From: Octopus vulgaris
Lineage: Eukaryota
Assembly (NCBI GenBank): GCA_951406725.2
Contig: OX597838.1
Location: 35,216,001 to 35,280,000 of the forward strand
Length of the DNA stretch: 64,000 nucleotides
Direction of reading: 5' to 3'
Made by a program: the position numbers and the translations under genes
Notes under the pieces: model-generated
Seen by the model: only the letters and a program-made list of their open reading frames with translations
Databases searched by the model: none
Told to the model about the DNA's origin: nothing
Part shown: positions 38,556-51,716 of the stretch, piece by piece
How the letters are laid out: the number at the start of each line of letters is the position of its first letter
Position numbering within the stretch: the first letter of the stretch is position 1

Positions 38556-38940
38556 TTGCATTCAGCTTTAGACTGGGAGATGCAAGTGGACTTAAAGGGC
38601 AAGCTTGACTTCCCAGAGGAGATAGTGATAATATTACTCCAAGCAGACATGTTCCTGCTCTCCAGAAATACAAAAGCAATCATCATGATCAAACTCACAG
38701 TGCCCTGGGGGGACAGACTTCACTGGGTAAAGAAAATGATGCCCTTGTCAAGGAGGTGCATGTGGCTGCATTCCTCATTGAAGTCAGTTGCTGCAGATTT
38801 CCAGTTAGATTAGTGCACTGTTTCCTGCAGAAGATAGGTCTTGAACCTAGATATCTGAAGAAAGCCACCAAGGAGATAGGCACAGTGGTTGAAACTAGCT
38901 CAAAGTGGCTACGGTTGATAAAAGATTAGAAGTGGAACCC
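38556..38940 (+). pseudogene. Hero-clade non-LTR retrotransposon REL-domain relic
   Basis: DWEMQVDLKGKLDFPEEIV..LQADMFLLS..TKAIIMIKLTVPW then, after a frameshift, IEVSCCRF...ETSSKWLRL; matches the Hero DW..VDL...FP..I...RPD...ELTVPW / EVGCRGF pattern. Confidence 0.83.
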
Positions 38941-39606
38941 TTCCATAGGTGAAGACTAGCTCAGTCTTCTCTGCCCCTTTCAGGCAAAGTGTACAGGCTA
39001 AAAGGTGAAATGCTTGAAACCCTGTGATACCTGCTGATGATATGGAAAGGTTTCAAGCATTGCAATGGATTTAGAAGACCTTGTAAAACCTCTGAGTTGC
39101 TCCTGAAATTTCTGTGTAGGGAAAAGCATCTCTGTCTCTCCCAACACCACTTGACAACCAGTGTTGGTTTGTTTACATCCCTGTAACTTAGCAGTTTGGC
39201 AAAAGAGACCAGTAGAACAAGAATTAGACTTTAAATAAGCACTGGGTTGATTTGTTTGACTAAACCCTTCAAGGGTGTGCCCAAGCATGGCTGCAGTCCA
39301 ATGACTGAAAAAGGGAAAGAAATAAAGATAAAAATATTTTTTTAATTTGAATTAAATGCAATAAATTATTGACTCAGCCAAAATAAAATAGTAAGAATTA
39401 TTATTAATTTTCTTCTTAGACTCTAGGAAAACAAAAACCATTCTGAGAATTTTTTGATAGACTTGATTTCAGCTGAAAAATGATGTCTGGCAATAACTTT
39501 TTGCCTAAAACCACATCCACAGAGAGAAGAATATCTTGCAAAATCCAATATTTCAATGTCAAACTGAAGCTGTGTATGATGAATAGGCTGTTGGATATGG
39601 CAATAC

Positions 39607-39969
39607 ACTCTTTACTCTCTCTCTCTCTTTTACTTGTTTCAGTCATTTGACTGTGGCCATGCTGGAGCACCGCCTTTAGTCGAGTAAATCGACCCCGGCA
39701 CTTATTCTTTGTAAGCCCAGTACTTATTCTATCGGTCTCTTTTGCCGAAGCGCTAAGTGACGGGGACGTAAACACACCAGCATCAGCTGTCAAGCAATGC
39801 TAGTTGGACAAACACATACACACAAACACATACACATAAACACACACATATATATATATACATATATATACGACAGGCTTCTTTCAGTTTCCGTCTACCA
39901 AATCCACTCACAAGGCATTGGTCGGCCCGGGGCTATAGCAGAAGACACTTACCCAAGATGCCATGCAGT
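39607..39969 (-). mobile_element. SINE family A, 5'-truncated
   Basis: Tail and body intact; inverted relative to an older A tail at ~39130-39330. Confidence 0.92.
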
Positions 39970-40082
39970 TTTACAACCAAAACCATCAACACAAAAATGT
40001 GAATAAAAAAATACAAAAAAAGAAAAAACCGATCAAAACCTAAAGTACTGAATGAAACATAAAATAATAATAATAATAATAA

Positions 40083-41148
40083 TCTTTTCTACCATAGGCA
40101 CAGGGCCTGAAATTTTGGGGTTGGGGGCTAGTCAATTACATTACCCCCAGTGTTTAACTGGTACTCAGTATTTCATCAACCTCAGTACTCAAGTGGTAAT
40201 TATTTTATCAACACACCACTGCCCAACCGGTACTTCGGCGAGCTGGCAGAAACGTTAGCATGCCGGATGAAATGCTTAGCGGTATTTCGTCTGGCGTTAC
40301 GTTGTGAGTTCAAATTCCACCGAGGTTGACTTTGCCTTTCATCCTTTCGGGGTCGATAAATTAAGTACCAGTTCCGCACTGAGGTCGATGTAATCGATTT
40401 AATACCTATGTCTGTCCTTGTTTGTCCCCTCTATGTTTAGCCCCTAGTGGGTAATAAAGAAATAGGTACTTCTTTCATCAACCTCAGTACTCGAGTTGTA
40501 CTTCTTTCATCAGCTGTGGAAGGATGTAAGGTAAAAAATCAACCTTGTTAGAATTTGTACCCAGAACATGAGGATGGACAAATCATTGCTGAATGCGGTG
40601 GCTGATAAAATCATAACATGCCAGACAAAATGTCTGATTTGTTAATGATTCTGCCAGCTCACTTCATTTTCATAAAATAATGAAAATAATAACTTTTACT
40701 AGCACAGGCACAAAACTAGAATTTTTGGGGAAAACATTTACTTGTTTATATGAAGTAAAGTACTTGACTGGTACTTTATTTTATTGACTCTGATAGGATG
40801 GGAAGTAAAGCTGACTTTGGCATAATTTGAACTCAGAACATAAAGACTCAACAAACATCACTAGGCATTTTGTATGCTCTGACAATTTTGACAATCCACT
40901 CACTACCCTTAAAATAATAATAATAATAATAATGGTTTCAAATTTTGGCACAAGGCCAGCAATTTCGGGGGAGGGGATGAGTTGAATATATTGACACCAG
41001 TACTCAACTGGTACTTATATTATTAACCCAGAAAGGATGAAAGGCAAAGTCAACCTTGGCGAAATTTGAACTCAGAACATAAAGATAGACTACATGCTGC
41101 TTAAGCATATCACCTGGTTTGCTAATGATTGCGCCAGCTCACTGCCTC

Positions 41149-41150
<2 letters not shown>
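40083..41150 (-). mobile_element. Three tandem old D-type SINEs separated by (AAT)n
   Basis: Units start at ~40083, 40692 and 40932. Confidence 0.82.
40237..40464 (+). mobile_element. Young D SINE nested antisense in an old D SINE
   Basis: TSD GGTACTTC at 40229-40236 and 40465-40472. Confidence 0.9.
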
Positions 41151-41187
<37 letters not shown>

Positions 41188-41188
41188 G

Positions 41189-41450
41189 CAAAAGTGAAAT
41201 ACGTCCATTGAGCTTCAAAAGTGACTGATACCTATCATGATCATTGCACTTGGGATCATCTCAATGAAAGCAGTGCTCTGACATGAAAAGCTTTAAATTC
41301 CAATCTTCATAGGAAGTACGCAGTTGGCAACAATGCTCAGAACAGCATGTGTTGAGGAAAATATTGCACCTCTAACCTGCGGGAAGGACTTGAAATGTGA
41401 CAAAGATAACCTAGGAAAAGGAAAAAAAAAAAGATAACAATAACAATAAT
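41189..41450 (+). pseudogene. Dong/R4-like 3' fragment next to a (TAA)n microsatellite
   Basis: 41225-41375 translates LIPIMIIALGIIS...EKL*IPIFIGSTQLATMLRTA/LRKILHL*; Dong elements are known to target TAA repeats. Confidence 0.72.
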
Positions 41451-42198
41451 TAGCAGTTTCCTTGGAAATTCCATGGCTATTTTGAAAATTGTAAGATGGT
41501 TAGAAGTTCACAGAGAAGCGCTGTTGTCTCTGGTAAATTGCTTCTCCACTGTAAATATCCATGATAATATCTAGTGAACTTAGCACTTAGTGTGAATGAA
41601 AGTACTTGTAAATTTTACACAGCTACTGTTTATTTATTTCACAGCTTGATGGACTGGATGCTTAGGAGTTTTACCAAAGGTAGAAAATACCACTGGAGAT
41701 CATCATCATCATCAACATTTAACAACTGTTTTCCATGCTGCCATGGGTTGGACAGCTTGACAGAAACTGGCAAGGTCAAGGGCTGCACCAGGTTCTATAG
41801 CCTGCTTCGCCTTGGTTTCTATGGCGTGATGCCCTTCCTAATGTACTGGGTGCTTTTAAAATGGCACCAGCACCAGTGCTTTTTACATAGTACCAACACC
41901 CACACCAATGCTTTTTACATGGCATGTTTGTTTTAGGATCTCAATTCTAAGCAGAATAAAAACAATGATGTGATGAAGAGGACGATGGCATATTGCATGA
42001 CTGATATTAGGAAGATGTGACAGAATTTGAAGGACTTTGGGTCACATCTGTTGTATGATTTGGGGTACTATATTTTAATAATTTCTGTTAGAAGATTATG
42101 ATTATGCTGAAGTAATAGAACCTGAAGGTCTGTGATTCCAATACTTCTAATATATTAGAATATATTTTGACATTAAATTCTAGGTTTGATATATTGAT

Positions 42199-42626
42199 GT
42201 TAATTTAATTTTTTGGCTCAAAAAGCAAAAAGAAAGGCCATGTAGGGGGACATGGAGTTATGTACAGGAGTGTTCATGCAAAGAGTTCGAGCCATTTCTA
42301 GTCAAGAGAGGCTTTGAACCGAGCGGTCGTCGGCATCTTGACTATTTCGTCCGGCAGCTTATTCCACGGATCCGCAACCTGGACGGAGAAAGCCCCTCTC
42401 CTTCGATTGAGATGAAATCGTCGCAGATAGAGCTTTTCGGAGTGACCCCACAGCCGATGCTCTGGAGCAGGAGTGAAGAACAGCTCTTTTGAGAGGTTAC
42501 ACTTTCCGCTTATGATGTTGTGAGCAAGAATGAGATCACCATGGTGGCGTCGTTTTTCTAGAGAATAAAGGTCGAGCGTCTTCAGCCTTTCTTCATAAGA
42601 CAAATGCTTGAGACCAAGAACCATGC
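42199..42626 (-). mobile_element. CR1-clade LINE 3' end, second copy
   Basis: MVLGLKHLSYEERLKTLDLYSLEKRR...DPWNKLPDEIV; near-identical to the 15568 copy. Confidence 0.93.
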
Positions 42627-42852
42627 GGTAATAGAACTCTAAAAGTCTGTACCACTTAATAAGTGTTCTGAAGTTTACAAAGTGAATCAACATGAAATTG
42701 ATATTGTGTTCGTTGGTCATATGCACACACAAGCATATTTATACATGCAGTGATGCAAGAGGTACATTTGCAAAGGAGACAAATAAACAGACATATACCA
42801 AAATGATCAAATATACACAGATACATATACCTATGAACTTATACATACATGC

Positions 42853-43273
42853 ACTCTTTACTCTTTACTCTTTTACTTGTTTCAGTCATTTGACTGCGGC
42901 CATGCTGGAGCACCGCCTTTAGTCGAGCAAATCGACCCCGGGACTTATTCTTTGTAGGCCCAGTACTTATTCTATTGGTCTCTTTTGCCAAACTGCTAAG
43001 TGACGGGGACGTAAACACACCAGCATCGGTTGTCAAGCAATGCTAGGGGGACAAACACAGACACACAAACATATACACACACATACATACATATATATAT
43101 ATACATATATATGACAGGCTTCTTTCAGTTTCTGTCTACCAAATCCACTCACAAGGCATTGGTTGGCCCTAGGCTATAGTAGAAGACACTTGCCCAAGAT
43201 CCCACGCAGTGGGACTGAACCCGGAACCATGTGGTTCGTAAGCAAGCTACTTACCACACAGCCACTCCTACGC
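42853..43273 (-). mobile_element. SINE family A, full length
   Basis: Complete element. Confidence 0.93.
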
Positions 43274-43846
43274 ACGTGGAAACATTTCTAAGTACACGTA
43301 TGGGCACCTGCATACACACATGAAAATATGCACGCAAGGCCACATGCAAAGACACATATGGTTATAGACATGCAAGCATATGTGCAGCACGTGCATGAGC
43401 ACACATACGCATAAACACGAACATATGTTAATACATGTAGTTGTATGCTTATGCATAGATACATGCAGAATAGCATGAGACGTCACTTTTCAGTGAGTCA
43501 CACATATTTGAAAAGACCTCCATACAAGCATGCACATGCAGGTGCAGATGCACTTGCACATAGCTGTTACATCAGTATGGTTTACCAGCTAAAGCTAAGG
43601 AAGAATGAAGTCTGCTAGTCTTGCTTTTTGCCCTGGCCATTACCCTCTTAATATTGGACTTGATGTGTTTAATTTAAGCTAGATTGGCTGGGCAATAACT
43701 CTTGTGATTTAGCTTCTCACTAATCACTACAAGTCATCCACATTTCCAAAGTAGGTGAAAGTGAAACAACCTTTTTGACTCCGTGTGTGTGTGAGAAGAA
43801 GCATGTTGTGTAATGTATGCATTTCATGTATGTATTTATTCTGCAT

Positions 43847-44267
43847 ACTCTTACTCTTTTAGTAGTCTTTTACTTGTTTCAGTCCTTTTGACTGCAGCCA
43901 TGCTGGAGCACCGCCTTTAGTCGAGCAAATCGAACCCGGGACTTATTCTTTGTAAGCCCAGAACTTATTCTATCGATCTCTTTTCGCTGAACCGCTAAGT
44001 GACAGGGACGTAAACACGCCAGCATCGGTTGTCAAGCAATGCTAGGGGGACAAACACAGACACACAAACACACACACATATATATATATATATATACATA
44101 TATACGACGGGCTTCTTTCAGTTTCCGTCTACCAAATCCACTCACAAGGCATTGGTCGGCCTGGGGCTATAGCAGAAGACACTTGCCCAAGATGCCACGC
44201 AGTGGGACTGAACCTGGAACCATGTGGTTGGTTAGCAAGCTACTTACCACACAGCCACTCCTGCGCC
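43847..44267 (-). mobile_element. SINE family A, full length
   Basis: Complete element. Confidence 0.93.
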
Positions 44268-45081
44268 TATGTATTTTATTCATGATATTCTTGTTTATTT
44301 ATGAATTTTTTTCAATAAAGTGTTATTTTCGAATCCAAATACTAATCTCTGCCATCAGAATCTAGACAGCACTTACTGGGTAGTTGAGTATATGCATGCA
44401 TTTGTGTCTGCTATTTAGTTGATAGCAGAAGGCACGTGGGCTAATGCTTAGGCTGTTGCACTCATGATTGCTAGATGAAGGGTTCAATTCCCTGATTAGG
44501 TGGTGCATTGTGTTCTTGAGCAAAACACTTCATTTCACAAATGTCCAGTCTCCCTTCGATCAGTGGTAATTGTTGGCCTCCTTGCCTTGCCAAGTGAGGC
44601 GGTGTCATTTGAGGGCTAAAATAATGCATAAGTGCATCATGCCCAGCAATGTGCAACAACATCTGATAGCCCGGTCAGTCATGTGATTTAGTTGACAGTG
44701 GTACAATGAAAGAGTTCATGGTTTTTATACATCTCCCTCACCATCACTAACAGTAGCATTTTATCTAGTAGCTTCATTGATGATATTACTAACTGGTCCA
44801 CTCATAAAAACATTCAAGAAAGCACCCTTCCCTACCACCACCACCACGATGATGATGATGATGATGTAATCTTTCTTCTGATTAACAAAACCCTTCTTCA
44901 GTATATGTTAGGACCATTAAACCCATCAGTGTGCTGTGCTGTGTCCTCCTCCTTCAGTCTCTTCTACCACTACTATAAGGGTTTCCTGCTTTCTCGAACT
45001 AGCAAGTTGTGCACTAAACTGCACAAATACACCTGATGTTCCTAAATTTCCTTCTCCCTCACATCTTCATTATCATCAGTA

Positions 45082-45641
45082 TATGACCTTCGAACTTTAG
45101 GTCTCACTGAGGAAATGACTAGAGACCGAGACCTTTGGAAGTATGCTGTGCGTGAGAAGACCCGGCAGGACAAGTGAGACCATAACCCGTGGCCTCTACA
45201 TGGGATGTAGCCAGTCCACTTATGCATACCTTTCCTTCTTGGGACACAAAACTCTACTTGTGAAGACCTGTTGAGGCAAGTGAAAATCGAAATCAATCAA
45301 CATCAATGGAAATTGCAGCTGTGATATCAGTGCCGGTGGTACGTAAGAGAACCATCCGAACATGGCCATTGCCAGCCTCGCCTGGCCCCCATGCCGGTGG
45401 CACGTAAAACGCACCATCCGATCATGGCCGTTTGCCAGCCTCGTCTGGCACTTGTGCCGGTGGCACGTAAAAAGCACCCACTACACTCACGGAGTGGTTG
45501 GCGTTAGGAAGGGCATCCAGCCATAGAAACATTGCCAGATCAGACTTGGCCTGGTGCAGCCTTCTGGCTTCCCAGACCCCAGTTGCACCGTCCAACCTAT
45601 GCTAGCATGGAAAGCGGATGCTAAACGAAGATGATGATGAT
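45082..45641 (+). mobile_element. RTE LINE 3' end: ORF C-terminus plus ~460-bp 3'UTR (longest family E copy)
   Basis: 45082-45177 reads YDLRTLGLTEEMTRDRDLWKYAVREKTRQDK*, a typical RTE terminus, then runs into the family E sequence and (GAT)n. Confidence 0.9.
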
Positions 45642-45714
45642 ATGTTATATAGACATGAGACTGGCTGTGTGATTTAGAGGTTTGCCATACAACTGTGTCC
45701 CCCTGTGTGGCTGG

Positions 45715-45935
45715 TACCTTGGATGCCTTACTACTTTAGCTTCTGGCCAACCAATACTTTGTGCAAAGAGTCGGAGCAAATGCTGCAAATCATTATATTC
45801 AATCTGCCACCTGGTTCACTCTTTATTGCGGTGTGTGGCTTGTGTGCCTCTGAGAGTTATGCCAGCAGAGCACAATCTCCTGGCAGAGCTTGTCCTAATG
45901 CTGGACAGATCAAATGATTGAGGCCAGACTGATAT
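45715..45935 (+). mobile_element. Probable RTE 5'UTR-like fragment
   Basis: GGCTTGTGTGCCTCTGAGAGTTATGCCAGC...GGACAGATCAAA...GCCAGAC resembles recalled RTE 5'UTR motifs. Confidence 0.5.
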
Positions 45936-46770
45936 GGATCACCTCTTCCCAGAGGTAAAAGTGAGTTTGCATGGGACCAACACTTCCTACCTAGTAGAAA
46001 GCAATGTTACAAAAGCATTGATAACAATAAGATCTAAGAGAGGGGAAAAAAACAGCTCAGAGCTGAGAACAGTGGAGAAACGAAACATTGATGGTTTATG
46101 CTCCATTGGGAGCAAAGGGCTTAAATAAGTTAGTTTCTATCCAATGTTCTGATAGTTCTGCTCATTTGCTACCTTCACATGTACAGAAATGTAACTAAAA
46201 AGTGTTTGTGTTCCTACAATAAAAAAAGCCTTGTAAGTTCCATTTCTGGCAGATCAGATGGCCCCCAGCGTTACGTGACCTTTACTAATAGAAAAAGATG
46301 ACATGCGATAGGAGAGGAAAAGTACACAAATTCAAAATGGTGGAAACAGAGGTACATAGATGTAAAATGTAAACACATTGGTCTTTAATATCAAAATGAC
46401 TTTGAGATGTTTTATTTATTTATTTATTTATTCTTTTTGCTTTATGAATAACTATTCATAATTTATTACAATAAATAGGATAAAGCTCATGTTTTCAGTC
46501 CACAGCTGCCATTGTGGTAGTTTTACTTGTTAATTTCTGTTGCTATAACAACAACAACTACTGCTGCTGCTGTTGCTGCTGCTGTTGCTGCTGCTATTCC
46601 TACTTCTTCTCTATCTTCTTCTATCTTCAAATTCAAACCAATAAGAGCACCTCTACAGCAATGGTTTCTAAACTGTGTATGTGAAATCTAGATATGATTT
46701 TCCAAAAATCATGAAGTTTATGCTTTCAAAGATGAAAGGAAAGAAAACAAGGTAATGGTTAGCAACAAAG

Positions 46771-47000
46771 GTGGCGAGCTGGCAGAATCGTTAGCATGCC
46801 GGGCGAAATGCTTAGTGGTATTTTGTCTGCCGCTACGTTCTGAGTTCAAATTCCGCCGAGGTTGACTTTGCCTTTCATCCTTTCGGGGTTGATTAAATAA
46901 GTACCAGTTACGTACTGGGGTCGATATAATCGACTTAATCCGTTTGTCTATCCTTGTTTGTCCTCTCTGTGTTTAGCCCCTTGTGGGTAGTAAAGAAATA
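46771..47000 (+). mobile_element. Young D SINE (not nested)
   Basis: 14-bp TSD GGTTAGCAACAAAG at 46757-46770 and 47001-47014. Confidence 0.93.
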
Positions 47001-47698
47001 GGTTAGCAACAAAGTCATTTAGCAGTAAAGAAATACCTCAATAATATCTATTCATCTAACCCATGCTAGCATGGAGAATGACTGAACAGAATGAATATAT
47101 ACGCATGGACTTTTGGCCTATTATTTTTGACTATATTTTACTCATGTGATGTTGCAATAGATGGCAGTTGCTCAAAGAGCCACTCAGTGGGATTGAATTC
47201 AGAACTTCCCATGTGGTCGTCAACTGTTTAACGTCACAAACACTACATTTGCATTCCATTGGACATTAGAAACAGAGAGAGAGAAAGAGGGAGAGATAAA
47301 TAGTGAACAAGAGTAGAAAATATATTTGCCTTTTTTTTACATATATTTATGGCCAGATGTACTTATTCATTATTCATAAATAACATTTTACTTATACTGC
47401 CAAGCCCATGTGTATAGATATGTGTTGATGTGTGTGTTTGTTTTTGTGTGCTCGGAAGACATCTAGATGTTGGACGCACCAACACATACAACCATACATA
47501 CACATCATGTAGAAATGTTATATTGCTCATTTTAAATTAGTATCATGTCCATAAAAACATTTGTCATCTGCTTCACCCAACAAGACTAGAGTTAGGTATT
47601 GACCTTTAAAAGCCCTTGGAAGTCTCAAGGCATTAACATTTTTTTTCTAAGCCTTATAGTTACACACAGTTACATACAGATGCATATATACATATATA

Positions 47699-47943
47699 TG
47701 GCACGTTAAAAGCACCAACCGATCGTGGCCGATGCCAGACTCCCCTGGCAACTGTGCCGGTGGCACGTAAAAAGCACCCACTACACTCGCAGAGTGGTTG
47801 GCGTTAGGAAGGGCATCCAGCTGTAGAAACACTGCCAGATCAGACTGGAGCCTGGTGCAGCCCCTGGATTCCCAGACCCCAGTCGAACCGTCCAACCTGT
47901 GCTAGCGCGGAAAACGGACGTTAAACGATGATGATGATGATGA
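47699..47943 (+). mobile_element. RTE family E 3' copy
   Basis: Begins at TGGCACG; (GAT)n tail. Confidence 0.9.
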
Positions 47944-48338
47944 CATTGTTAGTTTCCATGCATATAGTTTCATATAAATTTCAACTTAGACCTCTAGAGT
48001 TAGTTCTTTGGAACCTCTCTTGACTAATTCTGTATTTTATGCAGAACTTCTCCAAGAGGCAATTGGCATAAACTAAAACACCCTAAATACCTAAATAAAG
48101 TTAAATTTCACAGACCACTTTTGAAGACTGAATTTTAAGAGTTGACTTTTTTATATGTTTACTATTTTTCAGGGACTGAAATTCATGTTTAATTTTGGTT
48201 GAAATTTTAATTAGCAAAAGTACAATTTATATATAAATGATTACATAATAAGAATACAAGGATTTATGGTAATTTACATTTGATTGTACACATCAAAACA
48301 CATGTCCTGCTATAAAACTATCATTGATAAATTCTTAC

Positions 48339-48535
48339 CGTGACCTGTTTGCTCTAATTACAACGTGTGTGATACATTCATGAAGGTGTATTACTAAAAC
48401 TTTACTTTAGGTCTTCCTTTTTGTGTCTGGATTTGTTAACTGGAAAGTGTACCAACACTTGGGTTGTCAGAAAGTGTAGGTCAAGTTGTACATGTATGAT
48501 ACACAATCCTTGGCTGTGTATCTATTAAGACAGAC
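48339..48535 (-). other. Candidate non-coding exon (197 nt)
   Basis: ATTTTCAG acceptor and G/GTAAGA donor around unique sequence; stops in all three frames. Confidence 0.22.
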
Positions 48536-48675
48536 CTGAAAATCTAGGGTTGACTTTCACTTGAAGTATATGAAAAATTCTGGATTTTCTGGCTCCCAAT
48601 TAAGGGTCAACTTGTAACTGAGAGTGAGTATTAACTGGATATATATATATAGTATTATATATATAAAGTATATAA

Positions 48676-48906
48676 AGGGCGGCGAGCTGGCAGAGACGTT
48701 AGCACGCCGGGCGAAGTACTTCGCGGTATTTCGCCCGTTGCTACATTCTGAGTTCGAATTCCGCCGAGGTCGACTTTGCCCTTCATCCTTTCGGGGTCGA
48801 TAAATTAAGTACCAGTTACGCACTGGGGTCGATGTAATCGACTTAACCCGTTTGTCTGTCCTTGTTTGTCCCCTCTATGTTTAGCCCCTTGTGGGTAATA
48901 AAGAAA
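48676..48906 (+). mobile_element. Young D SINE in a TA-rich site
   Basis: Complete D body; ATATATATATAGTATT on both sides. Confidence 0.92.
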
Positions 48907-50946
48907 CACATATATATATATAGTATTGTTTATAAACTAGTGACATTGTCTCTTTGTGTTCTGGCCAGATATAATGCCAGTGTCTTAAACACTCTGTTAA
49001 TATTGTTCTTTGCTTCTGTCTAAGTCAACTCTGACCAGGTAGGACTATGATTAAAGGCATTTTATCCACAACCATTCTATCTCATCCTTTTTTTTAAGCA
49101 TTGTCTACCTAGATTTACATTATCTAAGGTGTCCTCTGTTCAAGAAAGTAGCCTTTATTTAAAGGAGTCATGTATCCATGGACTATGTTGCCCAATGATG
49201 ATAGGGTGTATGTAATTTAAGGGAGATTTTGGTGCCATTTGAGGCAGGTGGAGCTACCATATAGAGGCTTCTCTCACTGACTCAGTTAAGAAATTGATAT
49301 AAAAAAAGGTGAGTTTCTATTGTTTAGCCAGAGGTCGGCCTGAGTACTCACGGTGCTCCAGTTTGGTCATTTTATCATTTTTCCTAACTGTGTCAATGCC
49401 TCCTTTATCGAGTCATCAAGGTGATGAGCTGGAAGAATTGTTAGCACCAGCATCTTCTGTTTTTTATTCTGAGTTCAAATTCTGCTGAGGTCAAATTTTC
49501 TTTTCAACTTTCTGGCATTGACAAAATAAGTACTGGTTGAACACTGGTGTCGATGTAATTGACTAGCTCTCCCCCACCTAAACTTTAGGCCTTGTTTCTG
49601 TAGGGGAAAGAATTATTAAATGTGTCCTTTTCTGAAAGGTCTGCAGGGTGTGTTTGTGAAAGATTTGGGTGCTATTTCTAGCATATCGAGTACCCACATG
49701 AGGTTTCTTTTTAGGGCATGCATTAGATGGTCTGACAGGACCTTGCAAGCTGGATGACTGTGCCAATCTCCCAACGTCTGTTTTGGCATGGCTTCTATGG
49801 CTGGATACCCTTCCTCATGCCAACTACTTTACAGAGTGTACGGTGTGCTTTTTACTTGGCACTGACTCTCATGAGGTCACCAAGTAACTTACAAGACAAG
49901 AGCCCTCAACTGAGGTGGATGGGGGAGTCGTATTCGGGAGGTGGGTTTATGTCGGGTAACGAGCAGTTAAAATATCATACAAAGAGATAGGTACAAGTGT
50001 CTTGCTGTAGGGGGAGATACATGGTTATCCTATTAGGAGAAGAGAAACCTGGTGGTGAAGATGTTTCCAGACACACCCTCTCAAGTTACATGATGGTGAA
50101 TATAAAAGTAGTGATACAGAGGATTGGGCAGTGAGAATTTCTGGATGAATTTATGAGAGTTTGAAAGGAGAGTGACAGATGGATAGAAACGGGGAACAGA
50201 GAGGGGAATGTAACGAATGGTGAACGTGGGTGGAAGCGTGTGGTCAATTAACATTTAAATTCAAATCCAGCTAAGGTCATCTTGGCTTTTCATCCTTTAC
50301 AATACTCATTAAAATGAGTATTAGTGAAATAATTAGTAGGAGTGATTTAATTGGTCGTTCCTTCTCAAATCCCGCAAAGTTTATTGCTGTGCTTACGTTA
50401 CGAATCCAATATTCTGAGAACATATGTAATGATCACATATTTTTTATCAAGTCACATAAAAAATGATTAAGAAAACCATATTCTTACATACATACATACA
50501 TGCATGCATACTTATGTACATATGTATATAAAAGTACACATACATATTATACGATACATACCATACATGTGTTTATGCCATATAATACCATATTGTACAT
50601 ATATTAGATACAAACATACATACATACATACCATATATTTAAATATAGAACTTGATCTTATGCCTGTAGCGTTAGATTTAAAATCTATTTTAAATATTTC
50701 TCAAATAAAAAAAGAAAATGAGAAGAATAGTAATTTCTTGAAAAGCAAAAAATTGAGTGTATATCAACAATTTTTTTTTTTTTATCAACAAATTTTTGCA
50801 CATACAAACACACACACGTGTGTGTGTGTATGTGTGTGTTTGTAAAATTCCAGTGTGTATGAAAGTGGTAAAAGACTATAAGTAATAATAAAAAGTATTT
50901 CTTCTGATGACAACTTACTTTTAGCAATATATGTGTGTGTACAAAC

Positions 50947-51004
<58 letters not shown>

Positions 51005-51130
51005 TTACATATATATATATATTTACATATATATATATATTTACATATATATATATATATACACACATATATATATATATACACATATATATACACATAT
51101 ATATATACATATATACACATATATACACAT

Positions 51131-51164
<34 letters not shown>

Positions 51165-51249
51165 ATATATATACACATATATATATATATATACACACAC
51201 ACACATATATATATATATACACATATATATATACACACATATATATACA
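50947..51249. repeat. (TA)n/(CA)n compound microsatellite
   Basis: Directly visible. Confidence 0.95.
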
Positions 51250-51633
51250 CTAGCAGTATCGCCCGGCGTTGCTCGGGTTTGTAAGGGAAATAACTATAAA
51301 GCATTTTTAGAGAGTTATAGCCAAAAAATAGCAAAAAAATGGGAAAAAAATTATGGTAAATTTATTTTTGAGAGTTAAAAAGGTGGAGTTGCGTCCCCTA
51401 GACAGTCTGTGGTTTGTGTTTCTGATTCTCGACCCCATGTCGAATTTATCGATTTTTTTCAGAACTGGGGGAACTTTTCAAAATTTTCGCTGCGTTAGTT
51501 TTGAATTATGACATTGGGCTATGTGTGTGTCAAGTTTCATCAGAATCGGTTGAAAGCCGTGGTCAGGGTGAGGGTACAACCTAACAGACACACAGAAACA
51601 TGCACAGACAAACTGCCGTTTATATAGAGAGAG

Positions 51634-51634
<1 letters not shown>
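51250..51634 (-). mobile_element. Non-autonomous Helitron, variant 5' half
   Basis: Minus strand starts TC and ends with hairpin ACCCGAGCAACGCCGGGC then CTAG/T; no TSD. Confidence 0.82.
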
Positions 51635-51716
<82 letters not shown>

